A stretch of 32,000 nucleotides of DNA from an uncultured Chloroflexia bacterium (lineage in GTDB: Bacteria > Chloroflexota > Ktedonobacteria > Ktedonobacterales > JADMIN01): assembly GCA_963718915.1 (NCBI GenBank), contig CAVRAI010000012.1:16305-48304 (forward strand), read 5' to 3'. The position numbers and the translations under genes are program-made. The notes under the pieces are model-generated. The model saw only the letters and a program-made list of their open reading frames with translations, searched no databases and was not told the DNA's origin. This document shows positions 8,762-18,182 of this stretch, one piece after another. Numbering within the stretch: position 1 is the first letter of the stretch; every line of letters starts with the position of its first letter.

Positions 8762-11040
8762 CTAGCGCGCGAGGGCGTCACCCTCGCCAAGCGCCAGCCG
8801 AATCAGCGTATCGCGTGGGGCAGCCAGCCCCGCCGTCCAGGCGCGCTGATAGTCTTCATCACTCAGCGCTACACGACATCCGGCGAGCGCATGCTCGAAC
8901 GCCTCCTGTTCGGCAGGCGGACGTGGCGTGTGGCCTCTGGCGCGTAGTGTCTCGGTTCCGGCGCTGATGGTCACCGCGCGGATAGAGTTGCCCTCAGCGG
9001 CGTCGAGCGCCGCGACGGCTTCCAGACACCACGTCAGGTAGACATCGCTGCCGAAGGTGCGATAGAGCGTCAGCGCGTTGCCATAGTGCTGGCGCGCCTG
9101 CGGTCGCGCTGCTGCGCGAACGCGAGCAGTCCCAGATGCGTCTCTGCCAGCGCCTCGCCCCAGAGCGAGCCGATCTGGCGGACAACCCGTAGCGCCTCCT
9201 CATGTAGCGCGACCGCGTGCGGCATATTCCCCTGCGCCTGTGCGCTCTGAGCCCGGAAGCCGAGCGCTGTACTAAGCGCGTGCAGGTTGCCGCTCTTGCG
9301 CGCCTGCGCCAGACCCTCGTCAAAGAGGCTATCCGCCTGTGTGACATCACCTCTGCGCTGGGCAATCTGCCCAAGTATCACAAACGCATTGCTCATACCT
9401 TCGGCATCGTCCGCCTCGCGGGCTGTCCGCAATGACTCATCCGCCAGTGTAGCCGCGTTCTCAGTCTCGCCGCGATCATAGGCCAGCCGCGCGGCGCCAA
9501 AGAGCGTATTGGCGCGCAACGAGGGTGACGCGGGCGTCTCGCTGGCGGCGTCGAGCGCGAGAAATGCCTCCAGCCAGCCGCGCATCTCGGAGAGCAGCCC
9601 ACTGAGATACCAGATGCGGCCAAATCGCGCCAGAAGCTCCATGCCTGCCGCGCCCCTGCCCGCGCCGCGCGCCCAGGTTAACGCCGCCCGCACGTTAGGC
9701 ATTTCGCGCACCAGCGACGCCTCATCGCCCTCGAAGCCCGCAAAATAGGCCGCGTGACGCGCGGCACAGTCTTCTTCTTCGCCGACTGCGCGCAAACGGT
9801 CACGGGCGTCGTCGTGAATCGTCGCCAGCATCTCGTAGCGCGCCGCGCCATCCGCCTGGATGCGCATCCGCAGCAGACTGGCGTCCACCAGCGCGATCAC
9901 ATCGGGCAGCAGATCGCGCGCGGCATCTTCCGCTGGAGAGCAGACCGCCTGAATGGCTGGCAAGGTGGCGCCGCCAGCGAAGACCGCGAGATGGCGAAAG
10001 AGCGCCTGGGCGGATGGCGGCAACAGGTCATAGCTCCATCCGATGGTATGGCGTAGTGTCTGGTGGCGCGCTGGCATATCACGCGCGCCGCTCTGCGGCA
10101 GCGTCGCCCCGACGCTCAGCCGCAGGCGCAGATCCGCGAGCGAGAGCGCGCCGAGCTGAGCGGCGCACAACTCGATGGCCAGCGGCAGGCAGTCCACCTG
10201 TTCGCAGACAGCGGCAACCTCCGCCGGAGCCAGCGGCAGATCGTCGCGGATTGTCGTGGCGCGGGCGGCGAAGAGCGTGGTGGCGTCGGGGAGCGCCAGC
10301 GGTTCGATGGCCAGCGATTGCTCGCCGCGCAGGCGCAGTGGCGTGCGGCTGGTGGCCAGCAGCGTGATATTTGGACATGCGGCCAGCAAGTCAGCTAGAA
10401 GCGGCGCGCACGCCACCACCTGCTCTATATTGTCGAGCAGCAGCAGCATATTCTGGTTGCGCAACGCCTCCGAAATCGTAACGAGCAGCGCGCCTGTCGG
10501 TGACTCGCGCAATCCCAGCGCCTGCGCCAGCGCCGCCGGAACCAGCGTCGCGTCTTGGATGGGCGCGAGGTCAACGAAGACCGCGCCCGCCACAAACTGG
10601 CTCTCTGACTCGCGGGCAAGCTCCAGCGCGAGGCGTGTCTTGCCAACACCTCCCGGCCCGGTGATCGTGAGCAGGCGTGTCTCGGCGTGTCGCATGAGCC
10701 GCAGCCCGCGCAACACATCCTCCGCACGGCCAATCAGTGGTGTGGGCGGCAGCGGCAGGCGCGTACGCCCCGCTGGAATCGCTACGGTGGCTGGTGTCGT
10801 CTCCAGTTCGGGATGCGCGGCGGCAATCAGCGCGGCGCGATCTCCCGAGGAGAGGTCGAGCGCGGCGGCGAGTAGCTCCAGGGTCTCGGCGCGTGGGGTG
10901 CGGTTGATGCCGCGTTCGAGGTCACTCACGGCTCGGACGCTCACATTCGCGCGGGCAGCCAGCGCCTCCTGGGTGAGACCCGCGAGCGTGCGATAGCGCT
11001 TGAGCAGCGCGCCAAACGAATGCGATGAGTCTATCGCCAT
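8762..11040 (-). pseudogene. XRE-HTH / NB-ARC (STAND) ATPase / TPR regulator with one frameshift near the C-terminus
   Basis: Start MAIDSSHSFGALLKRYRTLAGLTQEALAARANVSVRAVSDLERG (HTH). Walker A GPGGVGKTRLAL, Walker B LLLLDNIEQV, then TPR repeats. The frame breaks at about 9095-9110 and continues as ARQHYGNALTLYRTFGSDVYLTWCLEAVAAL...GEGDALAR to 8762. Confidence 0.75.
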
Positions 11041-11221
11041 GACAATCGTAATCCTGATGACCAATCTACCGCATATCTCCGCGCGATGCCAGCATGATAG
11101 CACACCGTACCCGGACGCAAGATGTGGGAAAGCTGTGGGCGCTCGTCATGGTCTGTACCCAGTTGTGTGGGCATACTTGTCCTCAGGTGGAACAGCGAAT
11201 TGTTACCGAAAGGAGCGGGGT

Positions 11222-12088
11222 ATGAGTAATCCACAGAGTGACCCGGCGGCCATCGCGATTCAGGCGGGGCGACAGCAGGTTTGGAATGACGTGGCGCGCG
11301 ACTGGAGCGAGACACAGAAGATTCTGGCTCCGGCGGCGCAGGTTGTCAGCGACCGATTGATTGCGCTGGCGCATCTGACTACCGGCCAGCGCGCGCTCGA
11401 TGTCGCCACAGGCGCAGGCGATCCCGCGTTGACGGCGGCTCAGGTCGTGGGGCCGTCGGGATCGGTGGTTGGGGTTGACCATGCGCCGCAGATGCTCGAA
11501 ATGGCTCGGCAGCGCGCCACGGCGGCAGGGCTAAGCAACGTCACGTTTCTTGAAGGGAACGCGCAGACGCTCGATCTGCCGCCACAGAGCTTCGACGCCG
11601 TGCTGTCGCGCTGGGGGCTGATGTTTTTCATTCCGCTCGTTCCCGCCCTCGTGGGATTCCGGCGGGCGCTGCGTCCTGGCGGGTATCTGTCCGCAGCCGT
11701 CTGGGGCACACCCCAGCAGGTACCGTTCATCAGCGCGAGTTGCGCCGCCGTCATGAGTCAGCTTGGTCGGCCACTGCCACCCCCCGACGGGCCTGGCCCC
11801 TTCAACCTCGCCGATGCGGGCAAACTGGCGCAGAGTCTGACCGAGGCCGGATTTTCCAACGTCCAGACCGAGTCGCTGACGATGAGCGTTACCTTTCCCT
11901 CAACGGATGCGTTCGTCCGCGACCAGCGCCTGGCCAACATGCTGGTCAAAACGGTGATTGAGCAGCAGCCCGAAGACCAGCACGCCGCTCTCTGGGAGAC
12001 CGTCGCCCAGACGGGAGCGCGCATGGCCAATCCCGACGGCAGCATCACGCTGCACAATCTCTGCGTCTGCGTCTCCGGCCAGGCGTAG
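11222..12088 (+). CDS. class I SAM-dependent methyltransferase
   Basis: AGGAGCGGGG is upstream of ATG 11222. Motif I is ALDVATGAGDPAL, followed by VVGVDHAPQMLEMAR and DAVLSRWGLMF. Confidence 0.85.
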   Translation: MSNPQSDPAAIAIQAGRQQVWNDVARDWSETQKILAPAAQVVSDRLIALAHLTTGQRALDVATGAGDPALTAAQVVGPSGSVVGVDHAPQMLEMARQRATAAGLSNVTFLEGNAQTLDLPPQSFDAVLSRWGLMFFIPLVPALVGFRRALRPGGYLSAAVWGTPQQVPFISASCAAVMSQLGRPLPPPDGPGPFNLADAGKLAQSLTEAGFSNVQTESLTMSVTFPSTDAFVRDQRLANMLVKTVIEQQPEDQHAALWETVAQTGARMANPDGSITLHNLCVCVSGQA

Positions 12089-12192
12089 CGCGTCTGGGGG
12101 GAGCGGGCCGCAGGCTGAAGACCCGCGGCTCATCATGCTCGTTCCGTTCCCGCGAACTGGTGTACAGATGTACAGAGTACGGGACGAGCAGG

Positions 12193-12236
12193 TCTGGCTC
12201 CCCCTCACCTTGTGGGAGAGGGGGTTGGGGTTAAAG
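12193..12236. repeat. REP-like palindromic element, copy 1
   Basis: TCTGGCTCCCCCTCACCTTGTGGGAGAGGGGGTTGGGGTTAAAG lies between the convergent methyltransferase and MFS genes. Near-identical to the reverse complement of 22441-22486. Confidence 0.7.
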
Positions 12237-12237
12237 T

Positions 12238-13836
12238 CTACTCTCCGACGTAGGCTGGCTCGCGCGGCGTCGCCTCTTCGCCACGAGCCTTGGCCTCCTT
12301 CGCCGCCTGCACCGCCGGGTCGCGCCCGACGAACAGCGCCAGGATGGCACAGAGGCCGCAGGCGATCATGACGAACATGAACGTGTCGTTCAGGCCAAGC
12401 GTGGTCGCGTGCTGTATACCGCAGGCTTTGATGGCGTCCATATGCGCAAGCAGGTTCTGTGGCGTCGGGATCGTCACGCCCGCCGCTTTGATACAGGCGG
12501 CGGCGATACCCGTCGGCGGGCGCTGCTGGAATGCGGCGGCGATATCGTTGCCATGCGTGGTCGCGCTCTGTGTCAGATAGGCCGTCAGAATCGCCACGCC
12601 AAGCGCCGAGGCCACCTGTCGTGTCACGTTCACCAGCGACGAGGCGCGCGCCATCGCACGGTTGCTCACCACCGAGAGCGCCAGCGTCTGGAGCGGAATG
12701 TTAATCAGACCCAGGCCCAGCCCGCGCATAATCAGGTACACCTGGAGCGATTGTCCGGTCGTATTCACGTCCAGATGCGCGAAGCCCCACGTGCCCGCCG
12801 TCACCAGCACGAAGCCGAGGAAGGCCATGATGCGCGGCCCGACACGGTTATAGAGCGCGCCCGCGACGACTGTGGCCACGGCGGCGGCAAGCCCCTGCGA
12901 GATCAGAATCTCGCCTGCCGAGAGCGGCGTCAATCCCTGCACCTGCTCGAAGAAGTACGGCAGCAGGAAGAGACTGCCGAAGAGGAACGCGCCCAGCGCC
13001 CACATCAGCACATTCGAGATGGTGAAGGTGTAGTTCTTGAAGAGCCGCATATCCATCACCGGATCATTCGAACGCAGCTCGACAATCACAAAGGAGATCA
13101 GCATCACGATGCCGATGCCCAGATAAATCTGCACGGTGTGGTCGCCCAACCCATGCGCGCCTGCCTGGGTTATTCCATAGACCAGCGTCGTGAAGCCGCC
13201 CATCGCCAGCACCAGGCCAAGCAGATCGAAGCGGTTGCTGGCGGCTGGCGCATCGCCCATCGCCGCCTGGTCTGCCGCGCGCCCGCGCAGGAAGACCGCC
13301 GCCAGCGTGAAGGCAATCACGCCGATGGGCAGGTTGATGGTAAAGATCGCATGCCAGTCAAAGGTGGTCGTTAGAAAGCCGCCGATGGTCGGGCCAAAGG
13401 CGGGGGCCAGCAGAATTGGCACGCCGATCACTGCGGAGGCCGGGCCGCGCTCCGTCGGAGGGAAAACGCGGTAGATGATCGCGAACGCGGTCGGGAAGAG
13501 CGCGCCGCCGCCAATGCCCTGCAAGACGCGGAAGGCGATCAGCGCGGTATGGGTCGGCGCAATGGCGCAGAGGGCGGAGCCAATCGTGAAGACCGCCAGT
13601 GCGCTCAGGAAGACGGTCTTGGTGCCGATGCGGTCGGCGAGGTAGCCTGTTACCGGAATGATGGCCGCCTGCGCCAGGAAGTAGGCGGTGGCGACCCAGG
13701 TAATCGTCGCAAAGTCGGTGTGGAAGGCGTGCGCCATCTGGGGCAGCGCCACGCTCACAATCGTGTTATCGAGTACCGCCATGAACAGGCCCAGCGCCGT
13801 AATCAGCGCCGCCTGCCACTTGTAGTCCAGCCTCAT
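12238..13836 (-). CDS. MFS transporter, DHA2 (EmrB/QacA-like, 14-TMS) drug/H+ antiporter family
   Basis: 532 aa. LFMAVLDNTIVSVALPQM, GYLADRIGTK and FRVLQGIGGGALFP motifs. GAGGGGGA RBS. Confidence 0.9.
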   Translation of the reverse strand: MRLDYKWQAALITALGLFMAVLDNTIVSVALPQMAHAFHTDFATITWVATAYFLAQAAIIPVTGYLADRIGTKTVFLSALAVFTIGSALCAIAPTHTALIAFRVLQGIGGGALFPTAFAIIYRVFPPTERGPASAVIGVPILLAPAFGPTIGGFLTTTFDWHAIFTINLPIGVIAFTLAAVFLRGRAADQAAMGDAPAASNRFDLLGLVLAMGGFTTLVYGITQAGAHGLGDHTVQIYLGIGIVMLISFVIVELRSNDPVMDMRLFKNYTFTISNVLMWALGAFLFGSLFLLPYFFEQVQGLTPLSAGEILISQGLAAAVATVVAGALYNRVGPRIMAFLGFVLVTAGTWGFAHLDVNTTGQSLQVYLIMRGLGLGLINIPLQTLALSVVSNRAMARASSLVNVTRQVASALGVAILTAYLTQSATTHGNDIAAAFQQRPPTGIAAACIKAAGVTIPTPQNLLAHMDAIKACGIQHATTLGLNDTFMFVMIACGLCAILALFVGRDPAVQAAKEAKARGEEATPREPAYVGE

Positions 13837-14069
13837 GCCATTGTCCCCCTCTACCCACCAGAAAACCCACAGCCTTCCGGCGTTGTCGTCGTACGTTATC
13901 GCTTGAGAACCGGGAAATCTTCACGCTTCGACGCGGTTAGTGCAACGGACGGTGTTGCGTGGAACGCATCGGGATGATGCTGATGCTGCTGCCATCGCAG
14001 CCAAAGTAGCTAGAGTAGCCATGCGGGCACAGAGAGACGCCGTTGTGACTCAGTGCGAGTGGATTTGTT

Positions 14070-14110
14070 AAGATATATCGTTTTATAACGAAATATATCT
14101 TGGTCGTCAA
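14070..14110 (-). promoter_or_regulatory. sigma70-like promoter for the MFS gene overlapped by a 9-bp-arm inverted repeat
   Basis: Minus strand: TTGACG (14110-14105), 17 nt, TATAAA (14087-14082). Arms AAGATATAT (14070-14078) and ATATATCTT (14093-14101) bracket the -10 element. Confidence 0.55.
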
Positions 14111-14187
14111 GGGGCGCGGAAATTCGCTGTCGCTCGCATGGAGAGAGGCCAGCGTGTCTCAGCGCCTGATGGCGCTACACGATGACG

Positions 14188-14958
14188 CTACGATGAGCCT
14201 TCCTGTTGTAGCGCCATGGGAGCGGGATCCATCAGCGCATGGATAGCGAATGAGGTGAGCTGGTCGCGCGCGTGCTCCAGCGCCTGGGGCGACGAGAAAT
14301 CGACGCCGCCAAAGATCGACTCGTAGTTTGGGAGCGAGAGCAGGTGAATCAGCACCATGCTCTTCACATGCGCCATCGCCACGTAGGGATCGACTTCCTT
14401 TCGGATAAGACCCGCCGCCTGCGCCCGTCCGATGAACTCGGAGATGGGTTTGACCCAGACAGGACACACTTGTCCGCCGCCACGCTTCGCCTCGATGAGC
14501 GTGCCCCAACCTTCCGCCGCCTCCCAGGCCAATATCCGGCGGAGATGTGGATGCGCCACCAGATGATCGAAGTGCCAGCCCACAAACGTCTCAATGAACG
14601 AGCGCACGTGTCCGGCGTCCAGCGGCGATTCCGGGTTCCCTGCCGCCGCGAGCAGCATCTCTGTCCGCTGGAACTCTGATTCGTCGCGTTGCATGCAGAC
14701 GACCTCGCGATAGAGGCCCAGTTTGTCGCCGAAGTAGTGAAAGATCAACGCTTTGTTATAGCCCGCCGCCTCGGCGATGGCATCCACCCGCGCCCCATCG
14801 AAGCCGTCGCGGGCGAAGATCTCTTCCGCCGCGTTAAGGATGGCCTCGCGCGCTACGGGCGCCTCGCGTTCGCGCCGGTCGGCCCGCGCCACGCGGCGTT
14901 CGCGCGCGGAGAGCCGTTCGCTCCGCTGCTGCTCCCTGACATTCCCCTGCGCGGCCAT
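14188..14958 (-). CDS. TetR/AcrR-family transcriptional regulator
   Basis: REAILNAAEEIFARDGFDGARVDAIAEAAGYNKALIFHYFGDKLGLY is a TetR HTH. GGGGAGG RBS. Lies upstream of and co-directional with the MFS gene. Confidence 0.9.
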   Translation of the reverse strand: MAAQGNVREQQRSERLSARERRVARADRREREAPVAREAILNAAEEIFARDGFDGARVDAIAEAAGYNKALIFHYFGDKLGLYREVVCMQRDESEFQRTEMLLAAAGNPESPLDAGHVRSFIETFVGWHFDHLVAHPHLRRILAWEAAEGWGTLIEAKRGGGQVCPVWVKPISEFIGRAQAAGLIRKEVDPYVAMAHVKSMVLIHLLSLPNYESIFGGVDFSSPQALEHARDQLTSFAIHALMDPAPMALQQEGSS

Positions 14959-14975
14959 TGACTGCCTCCCCGCAA

Positions 14976-15004
14976 TTAACCATCTGGTTAAACTAACTGG
15001 TTAG
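14976..15004. promoter_or_regulatory. two adjacent palindromes, candidate TetR operators
   Basis: TTAACCATCTGGTTAA (14976-14991) and CTAACTGGTTAG (14993-15004) lie directly upstream of the TetR start. Confidence 0.5.
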
Positions 15005-15163
15005 ATACTATGCCAGTCACAGGTGGACACGTCAAGGGTCGGAGCGCGAATATACATCATAATGCGATGCATTCATCACGTACAGGGATGTGCGCATGAG
15101 TGCGTATGAGTGCGTATGATGGCTGCGCGTGATTGTACGGAAGAAAAGAGGAGCCAGACACCA

Positions 15164-15544
15164 ATGATGAAGGTCATTACCGCGCCTGATGCGCCAGAGC
15201 CTATCGGGCCGTATGCGCACGCCATTCAGGCCAACGGGTTTATCTTCTGTTCGGGGATCGCGGGCGTTGATCCACAAACGCAGGCGCTGGCGGACGGTCT
15301 GGAGCATCAGACGCGCCAGATTCTGCGCAACCTCCAGGCAATCCTGGCCGAGGCGGGCAGCGATCTGGCGCAGGTCGTCCAGGTCTCCGTCTATCTGAAA
15401 GATATGGGCGACTTCGCGCGGATGAACGCGGTCTATGCGGAGCTATTTGGCGCGCACCGGCCCGCCCGCACCTGCGTCGAGGTATCCAACCTGGCGAAGC
15501 CGGGCGCGCTCATCGTGATGGATCTCATCGCGCTGGCGGCATAG
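15164..15544 (+). CDS. RidA/YjgF/L-PSP family reactive-intermediate deaminase
   Basis: MMKVITAPDAPEPIGPYAHAIQANGFIFCSGIAGVDPQT...ARTCVEVSNLAKPGALIVMDLIA is typical of RidA. AAGAGGAG lies upstream. Confidence 0.9.
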   Translation: MMKVITAPDAPEPIGPYAHAIQANGFIFCSGIAGVDPQTQALADGLEHQTRQILRNLQAILAEAGSDLAQVVQVSVYLKDMGDFARMNAVYAELFGAHRPARTCVEVSNLAKPGALIVMDLIALAA

Positions 15545-15550
15545 CGCTGC

Positions 15551-16888
15551 TCAGCTAGACAGGCTCGCGGCTATCTGTCTGAGGATGTCTGCTGACACGG
15601 GACCGTTTGTAATGAGGCCGTATTGCAGGGTACCGTCGTCCCATGAGAGACTGCGCTGTTGCTCAGTTTTCTCTACGTCTCCCAGCCACCACACCTGATG
15701 GTAGCTTACTGTCGAGACACTTGAGAATGCGCCAGGCGCATCTGGAGAGGATGGAAGCGGAGGTGGCGCGCCGGGTTCCATGGACAAAGGCCCGGATGGA
15801 TTGTGCGGAATCATCAACAACTCAAGCCACGTACCATCAGGATTGCGATAATTCAGGGTAACAGCACAGCGCTGCCCACACCATGCCTCGTCTACGTCAA
15901 CCCGTGTCAGCACGGCGCCATCAGGCAGATAGCTGGGCTGGGGGATGGTGAAGGGCAGATTCCGTTGCGCGTCCGCAAATTGTTGCGATACTGGCACAGT
16001 GGTGGGAGGCGCGATAGTGGCCGCGCGGACGAGTGACCAGCCATTGGCGCCAAGCAGCGCCACCAACAGAACCAGGCCGGCGAGCATGGATGCGGATAGA
16101 CGTCGCACCCCATGAGCAGCAGTGGCCACGCCACGCACGGCGCGGATGGTGGATGGAGGACGGCCCAGAGCATGGGCGTCGCGCATGTGGGCCGTTCGCG
16201 CGCCAAGCCAGGCGGCGAGTACCGCGTAGGGCGCAAGCAACCAGATCGGGACGATGACTGGAAGCATCGCCAGCGGCCGGATAAACGAATTCGTGTAGAC
16301 GATTGCCGGCAGAAGAAATGGCAGCCCGACGACGACGCCCAGACCGAAGGCTAGGCCCGCGCGCCTACCACTACTTGCGCGACTCCCCAGTACAAAGGCG
16401 ATAGCGCCGAAGAGCGCCAGGATCAGTAACGCCGCCCATGGCCCATCACGCAGCACATAGAAAAGGCCGAAGGCGAGCGGCGAGGCGGTGAAGAGCAGGT
16501 TGCCGGGCGATCCGTCTATAGTATTGAGTTGATGGTCAGTGGCCATCTGAACGAGAAAAGGGAAGGTGACGAGGGTCCACACAACCCATATAGTCAGCGC
16601 GCCCAGCAAAATGCCCCACACCATCCGTCGCAGATCCCAATAGACCGGCAGCGCTGCGTTGATCGAGCGGGCCGTCACTGTGACCGAACCGAAAGACGCG
16701 ACCGCGCGCGTCTCCGCCTCGGCTTCTGTGGCGCCGCGAGCCGTTTCAGCGGCGGAGGCCTCTTCCAGGTGGCCACGTATCTCTTCGAGGATGGTCGCGC
16801 GCTCGGCTGGCTCTACGGTGAGCCGGTTCGCCAGGGCGGCGAGATAGGCGTCAATGGTGGCGCTGGACATGCGCTCGCGCGATGTCAT
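15551..16888 (-). CDS. PadR-associated membrane protein (DUF1700-like N-terminal module, polytopic, C-terminal extracytoplasmic domain)
   Basis: ATG 16888 overlaps the PadR stop (ATGA). N-terminus IDAYLAALANRLTVEPAERATILEEIRGHLEEA, then about 6 TM helices. Confidence 0.7.
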   Translation of the reverse strand: MTSRERMSSATIDAYLAALANRLTVEPAERATILEEIRGHLEEASAAETARGATEAEAETRAVASFGSVTVTARSINAALPVYWDLRRMVWGILLGALTIWVVWTLVTFPFLVQMATDHQLNTIDGSPGNLLFTASPLAFGLFYVLRDGPWAALLILALFGAIAFVLGSRASSGRRAGLAFGLGVVVGLPFLLPAIVYTNSFIRPLAMLPVIVPIWLLAPYAVLAAWLGARTAHMRDAHALGRPPSTIRAVRGVATAAHGVRRLSASMLAGLVLLVALLGANGWSLVRAATIAPPTTVPVSQQFADAQRNLPFTIPQPSYLPDGAVLTRVDVDEAWCGQRCAVTLNYRNPDGTWLELLMIPHNPSGPLSMEPGAPPPLPSSPDAPGAFSSVSTVSYHQVWWLGDVEKTEQQRSLSWDDGTLQYGLITNGPVSADILRQIAASLSS

Positions 16889-17247
16889 TCGGCTCCCTCC
16901 CCGCTCAGGCGCTCGGTGCCGAGCACACGGCCAACGGCGCTCGAAAACGTGGCCCAATCCTGCAATGCCGCACGCAACGCCTCAACGCCGCGCGGCGTCA
17001 GGTGGTAATAGCGGCGACGGGCGCCCTTGCGCATTTCCGCGCCCCCCTCATCCTGTTCCCAGACGCCCTCAATGAGCTGATCACGCTCGAAGGCGTGAAG
17101 GATAGGGTAGACGGCGGCATCCTCGAAGGTGAGTTCTCCCTGGCTGCGTTCGCGCAAGCGCTCGGTGAGTTCGTAGCCGTAGCTGGGGCGCTCGTGCAGC
17201 AGGTGGAGTATCAGCAGGCCGAGCGAGCCTTTTTTCATCTCGCGCAT
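16885..17247 (-). CDS. PadR-family transcriptional regulator
   Basis: LLILHLLHERPSYGYELTERLRERSQGELTFEDAAVYPILHAFERDQLIEG...RRYYHLTPRG. Confidence 0.9.
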   Translation of the reverse strand: MREMKKGSLGLLILHLLHERPSYGYELTERLRERSQGELTFEDAAVYPILHAFERDQLIEGVWEQDEGGAEMRKGARRRYYHLTPRGVEALRAALQDWATFSSAVGRVLGTERLSGEGAE

Positions 17248-17269
17248 GACTATACCGCGCTTTCCAATA

Positions 17270-17288
17270 TATCTAAGACTCTTAGATA
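17270..17288. promoter_or_regulatory. palindrome upstream of PadR, candidate operator
   Basis: TATCTAAG-ACT-CTTAGATA lies 23 nt upstream of the PadR ATG. Confidence 0.5.
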
Positions 17289-17386
17289 CAAGTGAGTATA
17301 CAGGCGGCGAGGGAGTGTGTCAAGGGGGCTAAGAGAGTGGGGGTAGGGGGCAGTTCGCCAGGGGTGGATAGAGCGGCGCTCGCTAG

Positions 17387-17582
17387 CTATTTATCGTTCA
17401 GATACTCCAGTGCCTCTGCCTGCTCCCGCATGACTCGCTCGACAGCGTCGTGCCATTCGGGCGATAATTGTGGCTGGCTGCCCCAGCACTGTCTGCATGG
17501 CGGCGGCGACCCGATCCTGTTCCTCAGGGGGCAGTTTGGCAATCTCATCTATGACACTTTGCAAGCGATCCGAAATCATCAT
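17387..17582 (-). pseudogene. small addiction-module-component-like gene, frameshifted
   Basis: MMISDRLQSVIDEIAKLPPEEQDRVAAAMQTVLGQP then shifts frame at about 17470 to PQLSPEWHDAVERVMREQAEALEYLNDK*. Total length is 196 nt, which is not a multiple of 3. Confidence 0.35.
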
Positions 17583-17642
17583 CCTGCTCCTCTCGCGTCG
17601 GTCGCGAACACCCTCAGCCTACCACCAGGGCACGATATCCCG

Positions 17643-17696
17643 CTACCCTTCACGGTTGATCGTCAGGTCATGCGGCATATCGTGAACCTCGCCCGC
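17643..17696 (-). pseudogene. remnant duplicate of the 3' end of the ThiF/E1-like gene
   Basis: Reverse translation AGEVHDMPHDLTINREG* compared with the real gene end AEVRENYSITLRDLTINREE* (19623-). Contains the 17-bp repeat. Confidence 0.45.
17653..17669. repeat. 17-bp direct repeat, left copy
   Basis: CGGTTGATCGTCAGGTC is identical to 19633-19649. Confidence 0.95.
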
Positions 17697-17758
17697 TGGC
17701 TGTGGTATTCTGGCTATAGCGGTAGTTCCAATTGTAGACTGCATCGCGAGGTCTTATC

Positions 17759-18088
17759 ATGGGCATTGACTCCAGCTCTGCTCCCCAGACTGACCCTTCT
17801 CATAATGGCCCGTCAATCGACCGGGCGCGCATCGTGGCCATCCTGCGCACTTATGGTGTGCTACATGCCAGCCTGTTCGGGTCGGTTGCGCGCGGTGAGC
17901 AGCGGACGGATAGCGATATTGACCTGCTGATTGATCTGCCGCCAGGCGCATCGCTGATGGATGTCTCCCGCCTGGGTCTGGAATTGGAAGATGCCCTGGG
18001 TCGCCCCGTTGACCTCGTGACTTCGTTCGATGCGCTGCATCCTGTTATTCAGGAACGCTTGCGTCGCGAAGAAGAGGTATTGCTGTAG
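17759..18088 (+). CDS. minimal nucleotidyltransferase (MNT/Pol-beta superfamily), orphan
   Basis: LFGSVARGEQRTDSDIDLLIDLP is the GSxxRGE...DxD NTase motif. No HEPN partner follows. Confidence 0.8.
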   Translation: MGIDSSSAPQTDPSHNGPSIDRARIVAILRTYGVLHASLFGSVARGEQRTDSDIDLLIDLPPGASLMDVSRLGLELEDALGRPVDLVTSFDALHPVIQERLRREEEVLL

Positions 18089-18182
18089 TGGCCAATGATG
18101 AGTCCAAATAAATAGGTTGTGACACCGAACCCAAAATATAGTATTCTATGCTTGCTCAATCGATTATCGGTGGGAGGTTGCA

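Noticed and set aside
13921-13995. 24-codon upstream ORF (MAAASASSRCVPRNTVRCTNRVEA) in the long 5' leader of the MFS gene
   Set aside because: No Shine-Dalgarno sequence, no recognisable leader-peptide logic, and easily explained by chance.
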